From Phaeosaccion multiseriatum (Eukaryota; Protista; Ochrophyta, other classes): a DNA stretch of 64,000 bases. How positions within the stretch are numbered: the stretch's first letter is position 1; each line of letters opens with the position of its first letter. Below the pieces are notes generated by a model. It did no database searches. It was not told the origin of the DNA and saw only the letters and a program-made list of their open reading frames with translations. Both the position numbers and the translations under genes were made by a program. The stretch lies in NCBI GenBank assembly GCA_965112735.1, contig OZ218958.1:3100001-3164000 (forward strand), in the 5' to 3' direction. Shown one piece after another: positions 26,462 to 36,462 of this stretch.

Positions 26462-26942
26462 GTAGGGGGAGACACGTCGCCTTTATACTCAAGCTGTTCG
26501 TCTGCTGTTGTCCGCACCCTGTTCCACCCCACACCATCCACACAACAACCCCCAGGCGGCCGTGGATCTACTCGGAGGGGCCAAGAGCAGTGAGGCGCTC
26601 CTCCAGGGTCTGTTTGAGTACGTTGACTCGCACAAGCTGTGGCTTGAGCTGCGGCCCGCACCTCGGCACTTTGACTCGCTGGTCAAGTGGCTGGTGCGGC
26701 GGCGCGGACGGGTGTCAGGACTGGTGAAGTTGTGCCTGGACATGGGGAGGGTGGCAGAGGCGCAGGGCCTCGTCAGGCTGCATTGCAAGCACCACCATGG
26801 CAGGGGGGCGATGCAGCAGTTGGTGATACAGCAGAATGGCGGCGCTGCTGCTGGTCCAGAGGGGAGTGGGGGCGGTGATGATGAGGTGATGATGGCAGCG
26901 TTTTGCGCAGAGTTTGGCATCCACCGCGTACAAGAGGCCTGA
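14677..26942 (+). CDS. KNTC1: Kinetochore-associated protein 1 / Rough deal (RZZ complex), 8 exons, ~3,598 aa
   Basis: Exons 14677-15411, 15655-16422, 16608-17786, 17999-19220, 19444-19580, 19756-21345, 21601-26379, 26556-26942 join in frame through GT-AG introns. Motifs: propeller-like LVVGDSSGKLHF; RLKVLLLRGLFEQGLRLAREHGMD; LAFRVMDRVQSPELLP; IDCPLAMGYLLSLP; Rod_C-like YRLPFHAL..DPWAVLGPQL. Confidence 0.85.
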
Positions 26943-28161
26943 AGTGACGTGACTGAAGCAGAAGGGCAAGAGGCAGGAGGGCAGACGTCCAAGTGGGCCC
27001 TGCTGCATGACAGAAGACGGAGGAGGACACATTGCTTAAACAGTAATTTGCGTATGTACATTTCTCATTCTTAAAAAGCAAGCCTCGGTGTGGTGGGGCA
27101 GCGTCAGCGAGTGAGCTGTGTTGGCCGAAGCGAATGATGCGAATTGCCGAACAGGAGGTGTGTGTGACGTTTCAGCGCCCCACCGAGTGCCTCTCCGTCC
27201 GCAGCGACGTCCCCACTACACCGGTCCTCCTCCTCCTCCTCCTCCTCCTCCTCCTCCTCCTCCTCCTCCTCCTCCTCCTCCCACTGCCCACTGCTGCTCC
27301 TCCTGCTGCTGATACCGCGTGTGCCATTCACTCGCACAAGCGGTAAGTGCGGCAATCGGCCGCTCTTTGTGTGTGTGCGTGGAGTGGGGGGTGGAGGGGG
27401 GCGTCAATCCTCGTGACCGCATCAACAAGACAAACAGCTACCACTGCTGACCTGCCCAGGGAGTCGCCCTTGCTTGCCCACTCCCCCCGTAACCCCCCCC
27501 CCCTCCTTCCCCCCGGGTACACGGCAATAGCGAACAGGTCCTTGTTCTGACGTCCTTCCTTGCGGTTGAAATTGGAACATCCATTGCCACCGAGCTCGTG
27601 GATGGAAGAAAGCTCAGCCTCAGCTCAGCGAGGGGAAGGGAGTGCCCCGTGCACCCCCTTCTCCTCGACGCCAAGAACGCTCCAAGAACGCTCCGAAGGA
27701 AGGGTGTCCTTACTGCTGCTGCTGCTCTGCTGCTGCTGCGCTGGCCGCCCCCTCCTTGGCCAAGGACCCCCCCTTTGTGTGAGTTGTGACCGGAACTGGG
27801 GGTCAGTGGGAGGCCGTGTCTGGGCCCGTGGGGCTGCTGCTGCTGCTGCTGCTGCTGCTGTATCACCAACTGCTGCTGTACAGTCGCCGAGAAACAAGCG
27901 CAAGCTTCTCTGAAGCGCAAACCAGACCGTTATCAACACCGGCTGGCTCATCCTCCCGCAGATGCAGACACGCCCCAAGAAAACAGACCGGACAGGAGCC
28001 CTGTCCCTTCTGGCTCCTCCGCGACGCTTCCTTCCTTCACTTGTATGCGCATGCGTACACATCGTACTGTTCGCTTGCTGTTTGCTCTCCTTCACCCGTG
28101 ACCCACCACCGCCATACAAATCATCGTCACTGACCGTCCTCAATCCGTCCTTAGTCCGTCG

Positions 28162-29373
28162 TCATCGGCCGTCATCAATTCGGTTGAGCCACTTCTTGGC
28201 CACTTCATAGGCTGTCCAGGACACCGCCACGGAGGGACTGCTCACCAAGAGCCGCGGCACCACGCCCCTCATAAATCCCCTCGCCCCCTCCTTGGCATAG
28301 ATCTGCTTGGCCGCATCCGCCAGCCCTGCGTACTGAAAGTGTAACGGCTGCTGTGCCGCCGCCTCCTTGGGACACGTGGCTGCCCTACACCACGCCACCT
28401 TGCCCCCTGCGGCGGCCACTGCCGCAGAAGAGCTGTGCATACTTGCCAGGGTGGCATGCTGAATGGCGGGTTGTTTCAGCATGCCTCCCACCACCCCTAC
28501 CTTCTTGGCAGCTGCTGAAGCGGCCGTCCCTGCCGCCCCTGCCACCTGCGCCGCAGTGCCCGTGGGGGGACCGACGGTTCTCCTCCCCGCCACAACGTCC
28601 CTCACGACCCGAAAGTCGCCCAACGCCCCCGACCTTCCTCCGACGACGCCCCCGACCCCTGAGGTTTGAAAGTGGTGTGCCTGGGCATAAAGGGCCTGTG
28701 TCTGCAGCCGTGTTTTGATGACATCGAGGGGGTTGGTCACGCCCGCCGCCACCGCCCCGGCCCCAGAGCCTGCGATCATGAAGTGGTGTGTCTTCAAGTC
28801 GCTGCCATCTGCAGGCCGGAGCACCTGCTTGAGGCTCTCGTTGACCGCCACCATGACGCACCCGTAGGGGATGTTCATAAAAAGCGTGGTGGGGAAGGAG
28901 AGGAAGAAGGCGCCAAGGCCTTCACTGCGGTACACATTCCTGGCACAATCGGCAATACCCGTGTAGTAGCCAAGCTGCAGCCGCTGCTTGATGACATCCA
29001 TTGGAGTCATTATGGCATCGTGCAGTACCGTAGCCACGGCCCCTGCCGCGGCAGCTCCCAATGGGTGATGGCCCGGGTGATTCACGCCGAACTGAATCTT
29101 GCACTGCTCTAGTGCGCTAAAGTAGAGGGCGTGGGCCGGGATGCACCCTGTCAACATGGTGCTCACGCCCCTCCACAGCCGAATCATGCCCGAGTTGCGC
29201 ACCATGTCGAGTAAGTGGCGCTCGGGGCATGTGACACACTGCACGTGCGTCTTGATGGTGTCGATGGGGAACATGACAGTGTGCTCGCTGATGCCCGCGA
29301 TACTGCCCGCGATGCAGTGGTGAAGGAAGTGCCCCTGCTCGGGGTCCCAGTCCTCCCAATCAAGGTCCCCCAT
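28162..29373 (-). CDS. Mitoferrin (MRS3/4, SLC25A28/37-type mitochondrial iron carrier)
   Basis: Three PxDxxKxR-type carrier signatures (PIDTIKTH, PMDVIKQR, PLDVIKTR); mitoferrin-type AGISEHTVMFP, PAHALYF, LHDAIMTP, MNIPY; intronless. Confidence 0.92.
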   Translation of the reverse strand: MGDLDWEDWDPEQGHFLHHCIAGSIAGISEHTVMFPIDTIKTHVQCVTCPERHLLDMVRNSGMIRLWRGVSTMLTGCIPAHALYFSALEQCKIQFGVNHPGHHPLGAAAAGAVATVLHDAIMTPMDVIKQRLQLGYYTGIADCARNVYRSEGLGAFFLSFPTTLFMNIPYGCVMVAVNESLKQVLRPADGSDLKTHHFMIAGSGAGAVAAGVTNPLDVIKTRLQTQALYAQAHHFQTSGVGGVVGGRSGALGDFRVVRDVVAGRRTVGPPTGTAAQVAGAAGTAASAAAKKVGVVGGMLKQPAIQHATLASMHSSSAAVAAAGGKVAWCRAATCPKEAAAQQPLHFQYAGLADAAKQIYAKEGARGFMRGVVPRLLVSSPSVAVSWTAYEVAKKWLNRIDDGR

Positions 29374-30537
29374 CCTCCCCCCCCCCTTCCTCCTCTCTCT
29401 TTCCCTTCTCTTCCTTTCCTATTGTTTCCTTTCTGCTAGTGTTCGCGGGGGGGAAGCCCCCCTGCGGGGCCCCTACTCTGTTGGCAGGGTCGGCAGCGAG
29501 AGGTACTTCTGCTCCTCCTGTTCGCGGAAGTGCACGCCTTTCCCTGTCTGCAGAAATCATAAAAGGGTTTGGTAGAAGGGGGGGAGAGAGGCGGAGTAGA
29601 GTAAAGCAGCCAGCATACCAACATACGCGTATAGGATGGGGTAAGGCAGGCGTGAGAAGAAGATTTTTTGGTTCTGCTCCGGATCACATCATCGGGTTGA
29701 GAGTAGACGGGGAGCAAGCAGGAGCAATCAGCGAAGGGACAGCCCAGGAGCAAACAGGGCTGAGGAAATGCTGCGCCTTTGCAGAGGGTTAGTTAGTAGA
29801 GTGAAGGACAGCGAGCAGGGCGGGAAGGAAAGGAAGGGGGGGAAAGGGGCGGTGGGTGATACGAGTTTTCATGAGGACGGGATTGATCCGGAAGCCCAGT
29901 AGACCGAGGGCAGGTCATCAGTCTCGCCGCTCGGCAGCAGCGTCACAACCACAGTTCTGGCCACGATTCACTGATAGTAGAGACATGGCTAAGCCTCCAT
30001 ATGTCGCTCGTCAACAAAAGTCTTTCAAACCAAAGTAAGTCGGCGGCGGGGAAATGACATGGCGGGATGAAAGGAGAGAATCGCAGGCACAGGTACTGCA
30101 CCACTTACCTCCTAGCAGGCGTCCTTCGGTGCGTCCCAGCACTAGGGGGTTCCAAAAGAGACACACGGTGTTTTGGGTGAGAGAGAAAGAGAGCTTTGCT
30201 GAAAAGACGGGCGGTCCGGCCGCAAAGGCTGTTCACTACGTAAGATTAGTCGAAGTTTACGTAACTATGGGAGCTCACCTCCCCAAAATTGCAAAATTGT
30301 TATTACGTTTATTACCCTCCTCCTCCTTGTGCAGGAGCGGTAGGTCTTCTCAGGCGACAGGATCCCCTACTTTGAGCTGACTACGATTAGTTGGCTTGAG
30401 GCACAGGAGCGAGAAGACGGGAGAGAGGAGAGAAAAACGAAGGAGGAAAAAAAAAATTCTTCAACCCGAGAAGTCCTCGAGAGCAAGGGCCAGAGAGCTT
30501 CCATCACGCCCCTTTGGGTAGGGTCAGGGTTGGGGAG

Positions 30538-33500
30538 ATGAGCTCGCTACTGCGGCAGGCGGTGGGCACGAGGGCGGCAAACGCGGACCTCGAGCAGCAC
30601 CTCTGCGAAGGTGGTGACGACGACGACGACGGGGATGAGCAGGCACACGTCTTTCAGAGCTTGGCCACAAAGGGGCGGTCCCCGACGGAGATGCTGGACA
30701 CCATCACGCCTATCCAGAAGCGGCGTCTGAGCGTCAGTGGCAGTAGCGCCCTGATGCACTTTAACTTGGTGGAGCGGCTCCTGGAGAAGCGCCGGCTCAT
30801 CTTGCTGCTGGACTACGATGGCACACTGACCCCCATTGTGAACGATCCAAGCAAGGTGAGGGAGCGCTGTAGTGTGTATGGTCTCTCGTGTCGAGACTCT
30901 CGTCTCGAGAGGGGAGAACGGACTGCAGGAAGGTGGGGCTTGTCGAGGCTTCTCAGGGAGGGAAGTGCACTTCAGAGGAGAGGAGAGAGAATCGCTCTTC
31001 CTCCCCGTAGTGATATCTCATCCTCTCCCTCCGCCCCCACCCTCGTGCCCCACCCACCCCTCACCCCTGCCTCCCCCCGGAACCCCACTCTGGCCGTCCT
31101 CTTCCTCCCTCCACCCCCCCCGACGCCCCCTATTGTACCCCACTTAGGCTGTGCTCTCCGACGACATGAGGAGCATCATTCAGCAACTTGCAAGGCACTT
31201 CACCACGGGGGTGGTGAGCGGGAGGAGTCTGGCCAAGATTAGGAACTTCGTAGGTGTCGATGGCATCTTCTATGCCGGCAGGTGGGGTGGGTAGTAAGGC
31301 AAAGGGTTGGTGGATGGAGGATGGCTCGGGAAGGAGCGGAAAGGAGAGGAGGCAAGAGGGATGGACAAGAGGATGAATGTCATCTATTGAGGCTCGGAAC
31401 GAGCTTGGTGAGGATGGAGCTGACCTCCATTTCGCTCTCGCCTTCTCCTCTTGGCGATGCCACTGCTGCTCGCGCCCCACCTCCCCTCCCTGCCCTCTTG
31501 GACTGCTCCGCACTTCACATGTGTCGATCCCTCCCCTCCGAATACCCACCATGTCAGCCACGGCTTTGACATTCTCACACCGCCTATTGAGCGGCGCTCC
31601 AGCAAGGTTGTGTCCGCAGAGCTGGAGGACGGCTCGCTGAGATTCGAGGTGAGACATACAGGCAACAGCAGGGGGAGGAGCAGGATGAGCAGCGGAGGGG
31701 GCGGGGGAGGAGATGCAATGGGAAAGGAAATCGTTGCATGCGTTGTGTGTGCGTGTGTGTGTGTTTTTTTGTCGTTGTGTGTGCTTGGCAGTGCTTTACT
31801 GGTGAAAAGAGGGAAGAACGTTTGGTTCCTCCTCCTGCTCCTGCCTGCTCCTGCTCCTGCTACTGCTGTTGGTGTACGAAATCGAGGATATTCATTCCAC
31901 CCAAGAGCTACGAAACCAAAGACCATATCGAAATGGCACTACACTACCACCCCTCTTCCCTCTGTTGTCCTTTGCTCAGGTGGCGAGTGAGTTCCTCCCC
32001 ATGCTTCAAAAGGTGCGGGAGAGGGCCGAGAGGGAGCTCAAGGCCGTTCCAAACTCGGAGGTTGAAGACAACAAATTCTCCATCAGCATGTGAGTGAGGG
32101 AGTGAGGGAGTGAGGGAGTGAGTGTGACTAGGGGAAATAGTACCACCACGGGGGGGGGAGGTGCTTAGATAGACCTGTGAGGTGTAGCACGCCACATTGT
32201 CGTGTGTGAATGCAAGTCTGAATATTGAGTCTCCTTGTCGACTCCGACTTCTGAATCTGTCTATCGACACGATCGACACTCAAAATCGACACGATCGACA
32301 CTAAAATCGTCGACTCAGGGCCTTGAAATGACAAGCTTCTCCCCCGCTCGTGACTGTCTTGTCTACCTACCCCCCACCCCGCCCATACCCGCACCCACAC
32401 CCCTTCACACACACCCATCCACCCATCAACACACACACACGCACACACACACGCACTCACACAAACACACACGCGTGCTTATGCCATGTGCTTGCTCATC
32501 GTCCTAGACACTACCGCAACTGCCTGCGCTCCGACTTGCCAGCGGTGGAGAAGATAGCGCAGGATATCCTCACAGAGCACGATGGACTTCGGCTCAAGAG
32601 GGGCAAGGAGGTGTTAGAGTTGCAGCCGGACTTTGACTGGAACAAGGGAAGGGCGGTGGTGTGGCTGTTGGACATGCTGGGCCTCACCAAGGCGAGGAAG
32701 AAGAGGCCGAGGGCACAGGGGGAGGAAGGAGAGGAAGGGGAGGGAGGGGCACAGGGGGAGGAAGGAGAGGAGGGGCAGGGCAAGGAAGGGGAGGAGGGGG
32801 AGGGGGAGGGGGACAGAGGGGAGGGGGAGGGGGACGGGGAATGGGAGGCTGGTGGGGGGGAGGGAAGGGGGAGTTACGATGCAGCGTTAGCGCCACTCGT
32901 AGAGGTGGAGGTATTAGACCCGTTTGGAGAGTCCGTGCGAATAGACGAAGGCGGGCGCTGGGAGCAGGGGGGGCGGGGAGGGCAGGGGGGAGGGGCGGAG
33001 AACGACATGTCGGTGTTCACCATCTTTATTGGTGACGACAAGACGGATGAAGACGCTTTTCAGGTGTTTGGGCCCGAGGGGGATGATCAGCCCGGTATAG
33101 GTGAGAGAGACATGAGGAGGGAGACACGCGTGCACACTTGTGTACACTTGGGGGCTCACTTTTGGGAGGGGTGTAAGGGAAGGGGTATGCATACCCTCGT
33201 CCTTCCCCTTCCTTCCATCCTTCTTTCCTTGCTGCTTGCTTGCTTCCTTCCTTCCTTCCTTCCTTCCTTCCTTCCTTCCTTCCTTCCTTCCTTCCTTCCT
33301 TCTGTCCTTCCTTCCTTCGCTATGTGCCGTTCAATACTCACTCCTAGGAAGTGTAGCTGTTGTACCCCTCCGCTCCCTCCTCCTGGCCCGGACTGCTGAA
33401 CCTAATGATCCCCCCTGCCTCTGTCTCTCTCTCCTTCACCCTCTCTTCTCTTTCACGTCTATCTCTCCGTTCCTCTCTCCCCTGTCTCCCACTCTCCTCC

Positions 33501-33934
33501 TTCCCCCCCCCTCTCTCCGTCACCCTCCCCCCGCCCCCCCCCTTCTCTCTCCCCTTCCCTCCCCCTCTCCCTCACCCTCTCCCCCCCTCCCTCTGATAGG
33601 AATCCTGGTGAGTGACAGCGCCCGAGACACGCACGCCACCTTCACACTACAAGACCCATCGGAGGTTGCCCAGTTCCTCAGTAAGCTAGTGGAAGTGGGC
33701 AAGGAGAAGGGACTGCGACCCTCGGACGTGAAGATGACCGACGATGAAGAGATGCGAGAGCAGGAGGTCTTGTCCAACTCGAAGAAGATAGGCACCTTCC
33801 ATCTGAGGATGAGCGTTTCGTGCACAAAGCTGGATGTAGGGGGGGAGGACGGCGATGGTGATGGTGAGGGTGATAGTGATGGTGATGGCGGTGCACCAGA
33901 TGGAAGAGAGGCGAGGCAGTATTCCTCAGCTTGA
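30538..33934 (+). CDS. Trehalose-6-phosphate phosphatase (HAD IIB), 6 exons
   Basis: LLLDYDGTLTPIVNDP, VVSGRS, YAGSHG, VEDNKFSISIHYRN, GKEVLELQP..WNKG, IGDDKTDEDAF. Exons 30538-30855, 31148-31281, 31558-31648, 31980-32089, 32508-33100, 33600-33934. Confidence 0.93.
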
Positions 33935-34977
33935 CAGGACCTACAACACCTGGCCAGGGAGGGAGAGATGGATGGATGGAGGGAGGGAGAGAGGGGTGGA
34001 GGGGTGGAGGGAGGGGGGAGAGAGAGCTTTGTCCATCACCCCCAGCCTATCCAAGCGCCCTGCCTGGGAGAGCGGTGCCCTCTTCCAATGAAGTCGATCC
34101 CTCTCAATATAGCAGTAGGCTATATATATATCACATACAATAGAGGCCCAATCATACTTCGAAGTACAATAGAGAGGCCAAAGCGTTGCGTGTGGAAGGG
34201 AGAATCAAGGCCGGTGGGCAGAGAGCGTTGTTCTCCAAGCCGGCGCGAGACGAGAGACAAAAAAGGCAGGCCTCATCTCCTGTCCAAGGTAAGAGGAAGG
34301 AAGGAACGGCCAGGGTCAGGGTCAGGGTCAGGGTCAGGGTCGGGTGGCGGGATCTCGTGCCTGGTGGAGAAGAGAACTTTCCCGTGGATCTTTCCCGTGG
34401 AACTTTCCGCAGGCCTCTGGAGGACTTCTTTGCGCCCAAGCTAGGGCCTTCAGAAGCCCACTCTGTGGCGCCACTCTGGAAGGCGTTCTTTCCCACCAGG
34501 AACGAAACGTCCGGAGGGGGGGGGGGCTCCTCTGATGAGAGGATCGTGTCGTCAGTCAACGAGCGGCACGGGCAACGCACTCAGCGGAGAGAGAGAGAGA
34601 GAGAGAGGAGTAGTATGATGTGGTACCAGAAAAGGGGGCGAGGGAGAGAGATGGAAGGAAGTTATCAGGTTCATTTTAAGTTAAGAAATACATGCTGTGA
34701 GTAATAAGTAAGTTGGCAGTAAGACCTAGCAACGCAACGTCCATCGTATAGTTACACCGTTTGTTGCCATGGCAGGCTTGTTTGTTCGCTTGGCTCTCAC
34801 CAGGATCACACAGCCTTTAGCCCTTCCAATACGGCCCCGCGCTGGACACTCCGAGGAGACACACTCTCACCCCAACCACCCAGTGCCATCGCTTTCCCTC
34901 CTCCCTTTGTCTCGCTGATGCCCCACAGACATAATCAAATTCAAAGTCAAATCAATTCAAAACAAAAAAAAATCAAA

Positions 34978-35724
34978 TCAAGGCAGCACGGGCGGGAAGA
35001 CGAGCTCCCCACTACCCGGTGTCTTGGCCATCGTGAGTGGAGTGATGCCGTCCTTAGAGAGAGCGTTGAGATTGGCCCCTGCCTCAATCAGTAGCTTCGA
35101 CACTCCTGTGAAGCCGTATCCAGAGGCCACGTGCAATGGCGTGTACCCGTTGGTGGTACTGGGAGAGCCGTCCACGGCCGCGCCATTTGTGAGCAGCATG
35201 CCCACCAAGTCTGTGCTCCCTAGCTGGCAGGCAAGGTAGAGGGCTGTGTAGGTACCACAGGCTATTGCATCTGGAGAGGCACCCTTCCGTAAGAGCAATG
35301 TCCCAATGTCCGATCTCCCATACAAACACGTCAAGACGAGGAGAGTGAGGCGGTTCCGTGTCAAAGGCTCGTCAAGGGCCGCCTTCCCTCCCTTGATGAC
35401 CACCGCCTTAATTTTTTCCTCCGCGTCCGCCTCCGTTCCCCCTCCCTCGATGACCGCAACAATACCTTCTATCAGGGCGGCCTTCGTGGTGCTTGCCTTC
35501 GCCCCTGCCCCCCCACCCGCTTCACCGCTTCCCTCTTCCCCAACCTCCCCTGATCCTGCTCCCGCCTTGCCCTCCGCACCGCTGCTTTTCCTAATAATAC
35601 CACTACCGTTGCTGCCGCCACTGCTCCCGCTCACCGCCGTCCCTGCAGATCTTGCCTCTTCCACGCCTCTGCCCCGCTTTGCTCCACCCCGCCGCTGTGT
35701 CTGCTGTGCTTGCTGTGGCTCCAT
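34978..35724 (-). CDS. Short ankyrin-repeat protein (about 3 canonical repeats)
   Basis: TALYLACQLGSTDLVGMLLTNGA, GYTPLHVASGYGFTGVSKLLIEAGANLN, DGITPL; the 3' end may be spliced or truncated. Confidence 0.75.
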   Translation of the reverse strand: MEPQQAQQTQRRGGAKRGRGVEEARSAGTAVSGSSGGSNGSGIIRKSSGAEGKAGAGSGEVGEEGSGEAGGGAGAKASTTKAALIEGIVAVIEGGGTEADAEEKIKAVVIKGGKAALDEPLTRNRLTLLVLTCLYGRSDIGTLLLRKGASPDAIACGTYTALYLACQLGSTDLVGMLLTNGAAVDGSPSTTNGYTPLHVASGYGFTGVSKLLIEAGANLNALSKDGITPLTMAKTPGSGELVFPPVLP

Positions 35725-36462
35725 CCTGGCCTTCCCCGCCCGTCCCCCGGACAGGGGACAGACGCTCCGCTACAGACGCGAACGAATATCACAGCTGGTG
35801 CTACTGGAGCTCGGGTATCTCCCTTCCCCTTTCTTGTCCTTCCTCTGAAAGACGCGGTTGCAGTATACGTTACCGCTGTGTGGTCGACTCCTCCTGCTTC
35901 CGCCTGCCTGCGTCCGAAGAGCTGGTGAGGACAGAAGGGGGAAAGGAGCGCGAGAGCAAGAAGCAGCAGAAGCAAACTCGAGAAAGGGTTTCCCCACTCC
36001 AGCGATCCTCCAGCGATTCTTACGTAAGGGTCAGTTTCAGTTCCAGATATTGCCCCCTCGATTTGAATGCCTTTTGATCTCCTTTCCCTTGTTAGATGCT
36101 TTAGAAGCGTTGTGCTGCGTCAACAGAGCGAAGGTAGGAGATGACGGGCTCGCTGTGTCCCTTCTAATTGTGAGGGAAAGAACTGCGGGAAAGGGCGGAT
36201 GGGGAAATTGGACAAATGGGCCAGCAAGGCTTTGCGCCTTTTTACTTCATCCTCACCCAACGGATATCCCCAACGCCTACCTTATCGTCGCTAAATGGCC
36301 TTTGACGTCCCGTCTAGCTCGTTCGACACCCCAACCTCCCTCTCGCAGGAACATCGAAGTCTTCTTCTTTTCACTGATCCCCCGTTCTTGCCGCTCTCCC
36401 CCCCTTCGCCTCTCCTGCTTGCTCTCTCTCCCCCAACTTGCTCGTACCTGTCACCCTTCAGA

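Noticed and set aside
19402-26727. 2,441-aa ORF as a standalone gene
   Set aside because: It is part of KNTC1 and reads through in-frame intron sequence.
27100-28100. Possible small gene between KNTC1 and mitoferrin
   Set aside because: Only low-complexity ORFs; more likely 3' UTRs of the convergent genes.
32225-32325. Tandem ATCGACACGATCGACACT duplication and possible hairpin in a TPP intron
   Set aside because: Only a two-copy local duplication; pairing beyond the GTCGAC palindromes is poor.
34310-34345. (TCAGGG)5 telomere-like run
   Set aside because: Very short, a variant of TTAGGG, and consistent with the general microsatellite load.
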